Source: Octopus vulgaris
Taxonomy: Eukaryota
Length of the DNA: 64,000 nucleotides
Direction of reading: 5' to 3'
Assembly: GCA_951406725.2 (NCBI GenBank)
Contig: OX597823.1
Span: 88,970,001 to 89,034,000, forward strand
The number at the start of each line of letters is the position of its first letter. The stretch's first letter is position 1. This document shows, piece by piece, positions 13,587 to 27,808 of this stretch. A program made the position numbers and the translations under genes. The notes beneath the pieces are model-generated. The model had not been told where the DNA came from and made no database searches. It saw only the letters and a program-made list of their open reading frames with translations.

Positions 13587-14557
13587 TACATGTATGTATG
13601 TGTGTGTATGTATATTAATTTATATATGTATATAAATCGCTTTGTGAGTGTATGTGTGTATGCGTCATATATGCATATAGAAAACGATATTGATCTTAAA
13701 TATACTTATAGAAATGATAATCAATGGAGAGATTGATCAAATGTTTGATTGTTGTATTATAGTTTTCTTTTCCCATTTATGTTCCTTGGTTAAATAAACC
13801 ATTTGTTCGTAATAAAAATAACAAATCTCGACTATTATAAGTGTTTGTTCTATGTAATTACATCACACTATCGGCATTCATAAAGGAAGAAGAAACAAAC
13901 AAAAACGATCAGAAATCGAGTCATATAAAAGCGTATAAATAAGTAGATTTCTACATATTTATATAAAATAAATATGAGAGAATGTTTAGTGCCTAGACTA
14001 AACTAACTCCTGATCGATTTTCAGCTCATAACCTCCCGTTTCGTGTCCTCTTGTTTCTAAGTAGTAAAATGCTTTACTTCATTTTGTAACAACGCAATCG
14101 GTTATGAATCGGTAATCGTTGTGATTATACGAAAAATATAGAGAAATCCGTCGAACTATCCGATCAAAGTCGATGGTGAACGATAGACCTTACACTAATG
14201 AATGGGGAAAATAAAAACACTAAAAGATAAGTAAATATTTTATATTCTAGATACATAGGTACGAAATTATTTCAGTATTGATATATTTCAAACATTACTG
14301 CCCCATATAATCAATCAATTAATTTACTATTCCATGATCGGCTATATCCACCAACAAGTAATCCATTTCCTTTATAAAAAAAAAATACAAAAAACAGTGG
14401 AATGGTAATTTGGGACATTTATGATTACTCCCGGAGAATTTTGCTATAGGTTCACCCGAAAGTTGAACGCAGGATATTATTCATGTAAAAGTCATAAAGA
14501 TTGGGCACTTATATATTAACCTGACGCAAGCACACACACACACACACACACACACAC

Positions 14558-14975
14558 GCGTGTCCTGTCCTTTACTGTTTATATTTTGTACTGTCGTTAC
14601 TGTCCTGTTTTTTTACCATTTTTACCCATCCGCAAAAAAATCTCAAATTTTATTTAATTTGATTTTCGCGGGGAGGAAATTTTCATTAAAGTCATGTACC
14701 GCCTTGACCTTCGAAACGTAGAGTAGATGAATCTAAGGCTACTGAAGAAGGGGAATTTTCCTTGTTTCGTATGTCCTGTACTCTATTTTTTCGTTGTTTA
14801 AAAAAATGTCCATTTCCTTGGTTTTGTGTTTATGTTGTCATTTCTCATTGTTTTCGACGTTTTTTTGGTGTCCTGTACCCATATATGCATGTATATATAC
14901 ATGTAGAGGTAGGTACGTACATATATGTATGTATATATGCATATGTTTTATTTATCTATTAATTTATTATATGAC
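14558..14975 (+). repeat. Dispersed non-coding repeat (probable PLE pseudo-LTR family)
   Basis: Homologous to 40905-41245 and 41670-42095, and more loosely to 39760-40560. Flanked by microsatellites. Confidence 0.7.
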
Positions 14976-15036
14976 GGAAGATATATATATATAACTATAA
15001 ATAAGGGTATCTGAGAGACACCACCATGCCGAAATA

Positions 15037-15096
<60 letters not shown>

Positions 15097-16699
15097 TAAT
15101 TATTAATTTAATGTATAAATTCCATCTACCGAATTCCCTTACAATGCATTAACCGTCCTGGGTCTATAGTTCAATGCCCTTGCCCAAGATTCCATGTTGG
15201 AACGTTGGAGCTGATCCAGAGACTTGGTGAATGCGAAACGAATTTCTAAAATGCACAGATATGACTGCTGGAATTTTTGTACAATGTTGATCTAGCTATT
15301 TGAAACGAACGGCTGTGCAATAACAGTCTCCACGTCCCATTGGGTCAACAGGCGTATTATAACATTAACTTCTTCGGAGACAGCAAGATGATAACGTTCA
15401 AAATATGTTGCTCTTTAGAATGAGAAATGCGACGAATTAGCAGATACTATAAAGCATCGAATAATGTGCCTCAGTGCATCTTTCCAAATGCCGCCAAGGT
15501 TAAAATTATATTTTATCCTTACAGCTTCAATAGTTAAAATAACTTATTAATTACTGAAATCAACTCCCTCTCTCTCGCGCGCGCCCTCTCTCCTTCTCTC
15601 TCTCCTTCTGTCTAACTCTTTCCTTTACCCTGTCTTTCTTTCTCATCCTCTCTTTCTCTCTCTCTATCTCTCTATCTCTCTCTGTATCCCTCTTCCATTC
15701 TAGTTACAGAACGTGGAACTTGCTAAGCTATTACGGAAGACATTGTGAAGAAAGAGTGATTTCCATCAACTGTCAAATGCAGGAAATGAAGTGGTTTAGC
15801 AAAGTCATATTTGGTTATTTCACTCTATTTCAAGCAAAAATGGCATACTTGGATAGCACTCTGCTAAACACGTATGGGAGAATGTAGAGCGAGATGGTTA
15901 AGCAATGGAATAAACAAGGAGAAAAAAGTTGGAAATATAAAACTGAATGACGATCAGGAAAGAGTGACGGTGAACGTTCAATCACGTGCACCTGTCTGGA
16001 ATCTATGCATTTTGATTTATTTCAAGTGTTACGAAACATACCTGTGCATAACATTAGTATATGCAGGTTACTTTCCATCAAGTTTTCTCTGAGGCGGTTC
16101 GGTTGCTTATGAGAACTTTAGGAAATATATAGGTATGGGCAAAAGTAGTTATACAGTTGCTAAATATGTGTGTAATGTTCTTTTCATATCTCTTTTTCTT
16201 TTTTAGAATAAGAATGAAAAGAACATTCCACTCATATGAAGCAACAACGTTTACCCACCACTGTATATTAGTTCAACGATATGGCAGGACGCTGGTCTTT
16301 TGAAGAACTGGATTATGGTACAATTTGTACAGCATTTTGTTTCGCAAATACTGACTGGGTGATAACATACCTCACTCAAAATATTACTAAATTAACTGCA
16401 ACATTATTTCGTAGTTTCAACTGAGGTTGAGCTTATCAATATAATTACTTTTTGTCAAAGCTCCATTGAATTTCAGGACATGACATATTTTTAATACCAA
16501 TAGAATGTATTTTCTCAATAGACCAGACAAATATCCAAACACATCTATCCTATTCGTACAAATGCTACAAATACATTGTGGCATATTGTTTTGAATGAGC
16601 CAACGTATTCTTTAAAGTCTGATTTAATATTCTTTGGTCACTCTCTCTCCTTTAAACTGCATGCATTTGTTCACAACATCCTTATGCGATACAGAGTGA

Positions 16700-17265
16700 A
16701 TGACTGATGTTTAACAAGAAACTAAAGACAGAAGCTTATATGCGTGTCCCTCTGGTACCTCACTATGCTGGAAGATTAGATCTAGCCAGTTATCAGTGCT
16801 TGGGAGAGTAGTGAAGAGTTGATTTTCATGCCAAATAGTGCCCCTCCGCATTTTATTCTTGTCGTTGACGAATGGCTGAATGTTCACTTCCCTGGGAGAT
16901 GGATGGATCATTGTGGTCCACATGAGTAGCCAACCAGCAGTCCTGACATGACACCCTGTGATTTCTTTCTTTGGGGTTGGTTAAAGGAACAAATCGACTG
17001 TACTAAGCGAAAGATTTTGGAAGAAATTGAAGGGCTAATATGGGGAGTTATGTCTTCCATCTCACAAGAGTTCCTGATTAAATCAGTTGACGCAATTCCT
17101 AGGTGACTCAAGAAGCTGGTGGCGACATCTGAAGCCCATATTGAATTTTATATAAAACCTCATGCTTTGCACTTTCCTTTTGTATCTATTGCTTTGTAAA
17201 AATTACAATTAATAAATAATTTATAAGTATTTTCAAATCGGGGATTACTTTTCAGTCACCCTGTA
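16700..17265 (+). mobile_element. Tc1/mariner transposase 3' relic with right TIR
   Basis: Decayed motif LPGRW...SPDMTPCDFFLWGWLKEQI...AHIEF, followed by TIR-like ACTTTTCAGTCACCCTG|TA. Confidence 0.8.
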
Positions 17266-17487
17266 TATTCACTTTGTAAGACATTCAAATAGTATAAACA
17301 CTGCTTTTGGCCAAATTCAGTGTGTATTCGGCTGACTGAAAATGTGCTATTAAATACAATTAATATATCCAGCATTATATATATTTCTGAGTTTAAATTA
17401 TTGCATCAGTTCAAAAATGTATGTATATGCTTGTTGTTAAATTTAAATACGCACACAGACAAACACTTACACGCAGAGACTCACAAT

Positions 17488-17524
<37 letters not shown>

Positions 17525-17525
17525 G

Positions 17526-17608
<83 letters not shown>

Positions 17609-17611
17609 TGA

Positions 17612-18060
17612 TAACTTTCTTTATTGGCCACACAGGGCTGAAAACAAAGGGGACAAACACATATGTAGAGCTTTTCTTTTCGAAAATGAAAAAGAAAAAG
17701 GGAAAAATTGAGGAAAAAAAGTAAAATTCCGATCAAAAGGGATCGGGAGAAAAAAAAAGGCGATCAAAAGGGATCGTGTATCACAGAATAATTTTTAAAA
17801 TGTAAAAAGCAAGATTAGGTTTATCCGTGGAAAGAAAAGCCTACGGAAAAGACCACGGTAACCTCAGGCAGGGAGGGAACAACACATGAGAGCAAAGTCC
17901 TCTCTCTCCCTCTTTTTTCGATTTACAGGATCATGCTCAAAGAGGTATCGTCACTCGCACGCACCATCTTTGCTACATTCAACCACCTTTTTTTGAAATT
18001 TTCACGAGACAAAACCTGCCTCTCCATTCTCACCTCTCGGCTAACAACTTGACCAAAAGT
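17612..18060 (-). mobile_element. Tx1/L1-like LINE 3' end abutting (GATA)n
   Basis: Minus-strand peptide VRMERQVLSRENFKKRWLNVAKMVRASDDTSLSMIL*, then a 3' UTR running into a (TATC)n tract. Clade assignment is tentative. Confidence 0.55.
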
Positions 18061-18870
18061 TCTTTGTTTTTCACCTCACAGTCTTCTCCCAGAAGGTTTT
18101 GTATAGTTTTTTGGACAGGTACTTTTGAACTCTCCCAGTGCTATGTGTGTTCTGTGTTATGTGTATGATTTTAATGTGTTGTGGTGGTGTTATGCGTGGG
18201 TAATTCTTTGTTTTGGTATATTTTTCTGTTATGTTGGTGTTTGACCTAATGTATTCCATTAGGTCCGGGTTGTTGGTGTTTATAGCTGTCAACATTGTTG
18301 GGGGGTTTGGTGTGAGTGTGTTTGTGTTGATGCGTTTGTTACCTGCGGGTGTTTTAGTTTCGGGAGTGGTAAATCTCCCTGCTTTGTCTACTTCTCTATT
18401 CTTTTTTTACCCCGTTTTTCTTCTTTCCCCTGTTGCCACTTGCCAATCCTCTGTGTCGTCTTCATCTGACGACATGTGGGAAGGGAAGTGTATTGGGGTC
18501 TATTACTGAGTGTGTTGACTTTGTTGTTGATGTTGGTGCTGGTTGGTGACAGTCGGGGTGTGGTGTATAGGTTTTTGGCTGTAGGGTATGAGTCTTTTTG
18601 GTTTTCTCGTCCTCCTTTGAAGTAGTTGCTGTTATTGTTGTTGTTGTTGTTGGTGATAGTGTTTCTATTCTTGGTGACGCTGGTGGTGGTGTTGTTTGTT
18701 TGGACAGATTTGTTGGTTGCTGATGTTCCTTCATTTGTTTGTAGAGCTGTTTAATTAGTTGTGCATATTGCGGTGTGGGTAGCGGTGCTGGTTTTTTGCG
18801 CGGTGTTTGGTTTTCATGTGGTTGCTGTTGTTTTTCATGATCTTGCTGTCGTTGTTGTTGCTGTTGTTGT
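18061..18870 (-). pseudogene. T/P/Q/N-rich low-complexity coding remnant, probably ORF1 of a retroelement
   Basis: Strong A/C skew on the minus strand with broken ORFs (18071-18295, 18462-18734), directly upstream of the LINE 3' end. Confidence 0.35.
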
Positions 18871-20086
18871 TTCTATGCTAGTGGGCAGTTAATTTGTAAG
18901 TGTGTTTTGGTACCACAAACGTAGCAACGTGGTTTTCTGCCATCGACGGCCGTAGACATGTTATATTATAACGTAATTATATATATCTTTTTTAAAATAC
19001 GTTTGCGTCGTTTTTATGAGTACATGGAGTTATAAGTAAGGATGACGCGAAGTGCTTAGATTTTAGTCTTATTTAAGAAGTATAATGCATTAGCCATTAA
19101 GTGAGGAGGATTTACAAATATGATGAAGGGGCTTAGAGGATGGGGATAATTATATATTACCAAGGTCAGAAAATAACCTTCTGAGGACCAGCATATGTCG
19201 TGGCTGATGCGTGAAAATACAAACCGTTTATGTGTATTATTCATTGAAGAATGTCTGTGAGTGAAAAGTTGCCAATACATATAGCCTTCAATTTTGTTTT
19301 GACTAATATAAGCGCATATCAACTAACAGAACCGTTATTATGTATATGTAATGAACTGTAGCTGTGTCTTTAAAAAGGATATTGGTTGTTTCGTGATTAT
19401 AAGTAGTCATTTGTTATTGATCTTCTCTTCGAATTTCATAAAAATATCGATGCTCGACTTACTAATTGACCATTACTTAAAATTCCCTACGCAGCACCGA
19501 ATAAAGTTGAGTTAAAATTATGAACCATGAGCTTGTAGACTTGCTTTTCTGGTATTCTAGTGAAAACTGTCATATATCTCACCCCGCAATTATATATATA
19601 CACACACACATATACACACAGTGAGAGAAATAAAAAATATATATATATGTGTATGTATGTATATGTATACTTTCAAAAGTGTTCACATTTCAATGCATAA
19701 AGCGGAACACCATTTTCTGTTGAAAAGAATTAATATATCTGTTATTGATTTTTCAAGCAACAATGCGTAATTTTATAATAATGTACAAAAAATTTATATT
19801 CCAAACTCTAAATGTAATGATTAAGCAACGTGCCCCTTATTTGATAGATACAATGTATCATTAACAAGCTTGTTTGTAATGGAGGTCCACACACGCAGAC
19901 ACACACCCATACACACACACACATATATACGTATAAAAACATAGATGCATAAAAATTTATGCATACATACCTATATACAAATTTGTATATATATATACCG
20001 GAGTAAGCACATAAATGTGAAACAAAATGGAAAAAAGAGTACTCAAATACCAGAAGTAGAGTAATGCTTTATTAAAAAGCAGCAGA

Positions 20087-20139
<53 letters not shown>

Positions 20140-20164
20140 CATAAAAATATGTATACACAAACAC

Positions 20165-20262
<98 letters not shown>

Positions 20263-20406
20263 GGTTTATGAGAGGTAATGGTGTTAGTAAGACCTAAAGT
20301 TTTCAGGTAGTACTGGGTAAGTGATATGGATAGACCATAGTTAAACACCAGGTTCGGTGATTATGCGAATGAGGAGTCCAACGTAGGTCATATATCAGCG
20401 TGTGTG

Positions 20407-20457
<51 letters not shown>

Positions 20458-20756
20458 ATATATACACACATCCATACATATATACACATGTATAATTTGT
20501 ATGTATTGTTGCAAATATATATATACTTGTGTGTGTGTGTGTGTGTGTATGTGTGTGTGTGTGTGTGTATGTGTGTGTGTGTGTGTGTGTGTATGTGCGT
20601 GTGTGTGCGCGTGCGTGCGTGTGTAATATGCACTTGTTCATATCTCATCATAATGAAGAAAAATTGTAAGCTTGAAGAGATTCGATATATACGATTTCTC
20701 AGAAGACACAAGACGCCAGATCTGCCTGTTTATCTATCTCTCAATTTATCTATCTG

Positions 20757-20797
<41 letters not shown>

Positions 20798-20854
20798 ACG
20801 TGCGTAAGTGTGAGTATGTGCGTGTGTGTGTGCCTACCAAATCCACTCTATAGG

Positions 20855-20909
<55 letters not shown>

Positions 20910-23580
20910 GTATATACTGACATTGTTAGAAGTCTATACATGCATGTATATTAATGAATTATATACACATTGGTATATGTGAGTGTGTGCGTGTGTGTCA
21001 GTGTGTTTCTCTGTGTGTATATGTATGGTCTTAATTGTTACGACATCAATTGAAATGACATAATTTAAACACATTCTAAGGTTCGATGATACGCACATGA
21101 TTTGAGTTTTAATAATATTTTAGTAGTCATAACAATATCACCAAATCCTTTAACAATGATTGACTGTATTTCCGATATTAAACACCTTTCTATGTGTGTG
21201 TTCGTTTATTTTGTGTATATTTATGGAAAAAAATGTTCAAAATCATTGAAATATATTTATACTTTGAAATAATGTTTGCTATTGTTTTTACCGTTGTTCG
21301 TATTCTTTTGTGCTTGTTTTATTATTCTGTTTGCTTATGTGATTTATACTACCTCAACAGTCTCTTGATGACGACTTTGTATTAGACTTTTAAATTCCAG
21401 AAAACGAGAAAAGATCTCAGGGCAGATTTTACTTCAGATAAGAATCAATGGGGTTTTTCAGCGGATTTTGCCAACGTCTTTCAAATTTTCAGTATCCTTC
21501 ATGTTGTCGTTTCTAGGTAGAAATCCTTTATATCTACACTTAGTTTCCCGTTTTATCTACTTAATCTATCATCTGCAGCGTAAAACGAAGTGTTCAATAT
21601 AGCAACATCTCTCTGATCCATTTGTTGAATCAAACCGGTTTTGTTTAGAACTTAAGTGAAACCTCGTCATTAGCTGTCAGATCATCAAGTTTAGGTAGGT
21701 AACAAGAAGAATTGTTCACAGGAAGCAATACTTTAGCCTTAATGGCTTTGCCCTAACAATATTTTTAACAGTTAAGAAGTAAATCAACGTTGGAACATAC
21801 TTTTTCTGATCCCCTACTTTTTACTTTATTATCATTTTTAAAAAATATAACATTTAGTGTAATCTCCCCTAACTGTTCGTGCCACACTTTGATAAACATC
21901 ATGTTTCTCTAAATTTGGTGCCCTGCAGCACTAAACACATTAACAGATTCATATGAGTTTTGAAACCTGATGCAGTTTTTTTCCCATCTTCAGGAATGTA
22001 AATAGGTTTCCGCATTCATATTCTTCCTTCATGTTTATTTATTTTTTTTGTTAATTTGCTAATTTATTTGTTTGTTCCTTTTCCTTCTTGCTAACTGATA
22101 AATTCATACAGTTAGTCCTATTTTGATCTCGAGCTATATTTTAATATTTGACTACCAACCATTGATTTGCTACGTGCACTAGAAGATAGCATAGCATTTA
22201 AACAATGCATGCCATCAATATTTCTGTTCTTCTCCTTAATTCATTCGTACCAACATTCAAATGATAAGCCTATATAACCTTCTAAATCCAGTAAAAGACG
22301 TAATATCGAGAACAATACTCCCTGCAAATCAATGTCATTTTAACTTAAATGAATGCATTGTTAAATATGTACATTGTTAGAAATCCCTGCTGCTAGGGTC
22401 AACTATACTTTAATGCTTACATAATTGCTTTTATTGATATATTTTATTACATGCAACTACGACTTCGACAAGAATTTGTATAGGAGTACATTTGCGATGG
22501 AAATTTTTCTATTTTTAAATACGTTTAATGTCTTTATGAATAGACATTCTACTCAGTTATGGAACTCAAATTTCACCCCCCACCAAGTTATTTTCAGTGG
22601 GGGAAAAAAATAACCTAAGCTGCGTACTTAAGCAAGTTTAAATATACTTTGGTTAGTCACCTGAGAATCCGGAACTGCTGAAGAACTAACCAATAACCAC
22701 ATACCATTTAACAATTATAATGTAAAAGTGTTATACCCGCACCGAAAATATAACAATTCCATAGCTAAGAATAACAGAAATAAGCCGACGTGTAAGTAAA
22801 ACACAAACGTTACTCATTAATACAAGTATATATTTGATGTGGAGAGTGCGTAATATGGAAAGTGACGCTATTACTTTATATAGAAATAAAGGGAAAAACA
22901 GGCGAAAATATCGCTATTATCCGTTTTATACTTTGGCTACCCGTAGCCGTAAAAGGCCAAAAATACTCACCGAAAATTTTCACGATGGAATAACGACATT
23001 ACAAAACTAGGGGATAATACCCTTAACATCTGTTACAACAGACATCCCTCGTTACAACATCTTTATAAATATGTAGATTTCTAGCAGAGCAAAGAGGTCA
23101 CATCCATGCTGTTTTTAAATGACGAAGAAAGCGATGACATAGTTTGAAATCGTTTTGCAGCCACCGTAAATACATACATACATACATACATACATACATA
23201 CATTCATGCATACATACATACATATATACATACATACATACATACATACATACATACATACATACATACATACATACAAACGTACATACATACATGCATA
23301 TGAGCAGAGGATTATGGGATTATTATTACACGCTCACATACACACATATATATGCACAAATTCCTCTGTTCATTTATTCTCATTTGCGTTTCAGCCTAAA
23401 CGTTGTGATCATGCAGGGGCACACCTAATGTTATCACATTTCAAATAACCATTTCGTTTTCCATGCTTTTGTTTTTTATATTCTCGTTTCTCATTTTGTT
23501 CACGTTTTTTGACGCCCTGTACCCATATACACATATATGCAGGCATGTGTGTACATATGCATGTATATATATTAATTATA

Positions 23581-23766
<186 letters not shown>

Positions 23767-23800
23767 TAGATAGACAGACAGATAGATATGTATGCATATG

Positions 23801-23847
<47 letters not shown>

Positions 23848-23875
23848 GAGAAAGAAGCAACAAGAATGGATTAGT

Positions 23876-23947
23876 TTTTAGTACAATTGTTTCATACAAA
23901 GACAGGCTTTGCAGCAGATAAAAGTGTCCCGTACTCATCAGCTAAAA
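23876..23947 (-). ncRNA. Type I hammerhead ribozyme, canonical core
   Basis: Minus strand: TTTTAG-CTGATGA-GTACGGGACA...TGTCTTTGTAT-GAAA-CAATTG-TA-CTAAAA. 6 bp stem I, long stem II, palindromic stem III, GUA site. Confidence 0.85.
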
Positions 23948-24467
23948 TACATATGAGTTCTCCAAACATCTTAGTGGGTGAGGCTATACTCATGAAGTAT
24001 TGGAGATAATTTCATTAAAAGCAGATATAGGTTGTAAACAGATTTCCGAAGTTCCTTAATGATGATGCACAGTCTTATCACAGAGAAGGTGAATTAATCC
24101 GTAGTGTAGATGTAAATTTCCAGAGATATGAGGAGGAATTTCATACTCACAGACGATGAATTTATCCATGGTTAATCCGCAATGAGGTGGGTATCATTTC
24201 ATATGATAAGGCATTTGCCACATTACTGTTCCTTTCACAAGACTGCTAAGTTATGACTTCTAAAGGCTGAAGGAATTTTTTGTGGAGCAAAGAAAAGAAA
24301 AGAAAGGAAAGAGAAGAAAAGAGACAAGGAAAGGGAAAAAGAAAAAAGAAAAAGAAAAAAGAAAAAAGAAAGAAAAAAGAAAAAAGGAAAAGAAATAACA
24401 AAAACCAAGGCAAGATAACTATCTCGAGCAATTTATAATAATTCAAATAGGGTAAGGTGAATTTGAA

Positions 24468-24544
24468 GTCTTACAGCTGTTTCTGTGATATCCCAAGTGT
24501 TAGGCTAGCGTCTCCGTACAACGTGTATTTCCCTCATCAGAGAC
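24468..24544 (-). ncRNA. Type I hammerhead ribozyme, eroded stem II
   Basis: Minus strand: GTCT-CTGATGA-GGGAAAT...ATATCACA-GAAA-CAGCTG-TA-AGAC. Confidence 0.7.
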
Positions 24545-25707
24545 AAGGTTCTAGACAAGGAAATTCACAGATTATAGAAGAATAAAGATTAAAAGAAGAA
24601 AGAAGTATTCAGACAAGAGCATAATGTTTACAGTTCATCTTTTTCCAGAGGGCATGGAGGTTTGTCAGTACGTCCATGAAGGCTGATGCCCTTAGGTATA
24701 ATCCCAGTTAAATACAGGCATTATTTTGGTAGTATTTTGAATGATACGTTCACGTTGAAGTGGTTAGCTAGTATGCAAATGGTCGGCATGGATATATAGA
24801 GTGAGAAAGACAGACATAAATATATTCAGATGCGGGTTGCGAGTGAGTGGATAGAAAAGAGAGGAGAAAGACAGGGAAAAGAAAGAAAAGACAGGAATGG
24901 GATGGGTGCGGGAACGAATGAAAGAGAGCGAAAGTAAAGTAAAATCAAAAATCAAAATATAAAGTCAAAATTTTAAAAAAATACGAAATACAAATAAAAA
25001 GAAGATGCCAGTATTATTCTTCGTAAGTGTCAGTTCTGGGTAAGTGGTCAGGCATTAAGGTTTTGGTAAAGTGGAAGAGGAAGATATTTATGCCTCTTTG
25101 TTAAATAGACGAAATCTAGGTCACGTGTAGTCAGTGGTCAGTACGGATAGCTAAGAATAGATGCATAGCTTAAGGGGGGTACATAGTGAATAAAACTACA
25201 ATTAAATGGATAATGGAACAAATTAAAGAATTAAAATTTAAGTTAAAAGTTGAATTAAAAATTAAACATTAAAAAATTAAAAATTTAAATTTGAGTAGTT
25301 AAAGCTAGGTAGTTTCTAAGGTATTTATGTTAATAGAGAAGAAAAGGAAAGGAGAAGTGTAGGTACTGAAACGAATGTGGATGCATATAGGCAAGTGTTA
25401 TACGTGGTGATTTTGACGGTATCTCTTGTCTTCCTTTTCCCCCTAATGTATACCAACTTTAAACTTTTCGGTTGCATATTTGTGTGATATAAAATGTTGT
25501 TTTTTTATTGGGGGAGGGGAATAGAAAAAAGTCTATCTTTATTTCTTCTTTTGCTGGTTTCTCAAATTTAGGTTAAATCAATGTTTCTCAAAAGGGAGGC
25601 CCATGGGACGGTCGGACAAGTTGTTTTGAGAAAATTTGGTTTAAATGTTTGACAACTCAGCACCGCCCATTGGACAGGGGGCGTTTTGCTCGTATATATA
25701 TATATAT

Positions 25708-26246
25708 AATCAAAATAAGCAACAAGATATCAAGTATCAAGTAGTGACGCAATACAACCGTTTGAAGCGGCTCCATTTAATTAAACAATGCAATCATTAC
25801 ACCAATTTAGCTGCACATATAAATAAATGGAATTTTAACAAGTAGGACACATTAATATAATCATTCTTAGATATTTTAAAAGAGCAAGAAGATAGAAGAA
25901 ATTCATGTTGTCGCTGTAGCTAAGAATAGACTACACCTTCTAAGAATCATCGCATGGAGCATAGAGTATGGAGCATAGACTATGCTCCATGCGATTCTTA
26001 GAAGTTGTAATCTACTCTTAGCTGCAGTAGCTACAACATGAATATCTTCCAGCTTCTTGGTCTTTTAAAATATTTAATAAAGATTATATTAATGTGTCCA
26101 ACTTGTTAAAATTCCGTTTATTTATTTGTGCAGCTGAAAATGGCACCACATTTAAATTGATGTAATGATTGCATTGTTCAATTAAATGGAACCGCTTGAA
26201 ACGGTCGTACTACATCACAACTTGATATCCTGTTGCTTATTTTGAT
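25708..26246. mobile_element. Foldback PLE terminus with degenerate hammerhead (26129-26214, +)
   Basis: Diverged inverted arms of ~255 bp centred near 25975. Same family as 35137-35507. Motif TGCAG-CTGAAAA...GAAA-CGGTCG-TA-CTACA. Confidence 0.7.
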
Positions 26247-26797
26247 GTTATTCACTTCACTTTGGGAATTACAATTTACAAGTCGTAAACTGAGTCACTA
26301 GCCTCAAGAGGCCTTGTGAAAGATTATGAAATTACATGTTTGATTCTGACTAAAAGATATATTATCAAAAATACATTCTTTGGTTATATGTCTACTCATT
26401 CTGGGTTATCCTGAAGCTAAAAAATAACTTGAATTTCCCAAGCTGAAAACCAGCATTATGCATTTTAAGAAATATCATATATTCTAAATTAATGGAGGAT
26501 GATTTTTTAAACTAAATATTATATGAAATTGAGCTAAGCATTAAATCTTCAGAAAAAGTAATTCACTTGTAACATCTAAGAACAAACATACACATATCTA
26601 TTTTATAAACGCTGATCACAAATGTAAATTTAAGCTATCCTAACATATCTACAGTAAATACTGTCAATATTTGTAAATTGCTAAATAAATATTTTGACAT
26701 ATCCTTGGGCCGAATAACCCTTTGAGTCAAGTTTAATTTGTAAGTTATTTCTTAACAGGGCTTAAACATAACTAGTCGTGGAAATTTTTGATACCAC

Positions 26798-26842
<45 letters not shown>

Positions 26843-26857
26843 GATAAGGAGTTTCAA

Positions 26858-27675
26858 ATCAAATCAAAATAGACAAAATAGATGAACATCTGAATGGAAT
26901 TTGTAAGTTTATGGTTACCAGTGCCTGTGGCATCCAAGAAATCCATAGTGCTGTAGTCAGTGCGGTGGGCACATTCGTATATTTTAACACCATCCGATCG
27001 TCACTTTGATAGCATCTACAGCCTGTGTCGGTGGCACATAACAATAATCCGAAGACCTGGCAAGACATACCATAACCCATGGCACACACACACGTGGGAC
27101 GTAGTCAGTCCACCTGTGCATACCTTCCTTCTTGTGACACTTGTGAAGACCTGTTGAGGCAAGTGATCTCAAATCAAAATAGATGAACATCAATGGAATT
27201 TGTATCTTTGTGGCTACCAGTGCCGGTGTGGCACTACATGAAAACCATCCGAACGTGGCCGTAGCCAGTACCGCATCGACTGGCCTCCGTGCTGTGGGCG
27301 ACGTAACAAGCACCATCCGATCGTGGCCATTTGCCAGCCTCATCTGGCACCTGTGTCGGTGGCACATAAAAACTTGACAATCCATTGCCGTGGCCGTCTG
27401 AACCAGCCTCGTCTGGCACCTGTGTCGGTGGCACATAAATACACCATCCGAGCGTGGCCGTTTGCCAGCCTCGTCTGGCACCTGTGTCGGTGGCACATAA
27501 AATCACCCACTACACTCTCGGAGTGGTGGTTGGCGTTAGGAAGGGCATCCAGCTGTAGAAACACTGCCAGATCTGACTGGACTGGCAGCTTTAATTCCCC
27601 CAGACCCCAGTGAACGTCCAACCCATGCTAGCATGGAAAGCGGACGTTAAATGATGATGATGATGATGATGATGA
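26858..27675 (+). mobile_element. Non-coding retroposon with internal ~60-70 bp repeats and (GAT)n tail
   Basis: Unit CCAGCCTCGTCTGGCACCTGTGTCGGTGGCACATAA recurs at ~27333, 27403 and 27464, and partially at 27022. The head AAATCAAAATAGA is duplicated at 26861 and 27171. Ends GGACGTTAAA(TGA)n, an RTE-like tail. Confidence 0.65.
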
Positions 27676-27808
27676 TATATATACATATATATACATAAAG
27701 TTAATCCAAACATGGAAACTATATATAGAACGCAACCCTCATACATACATACATACATACATATATATATATATTTATATTATTATTATTATATTATATC
27801 ATATTATA

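Noticed and set aside
19178-19228. CTGAGGA...GAAA hammerhead candidate
   Set aside because: The hairpin is out of register with GAAA, and stems I and III are missing.
27320-27500. CRISPR-like repeat-spacer pattern
   Set aside because: The spacers are related to each other, the context is eukaryotic and no cas genes are present. These are internal retroposon repeats.
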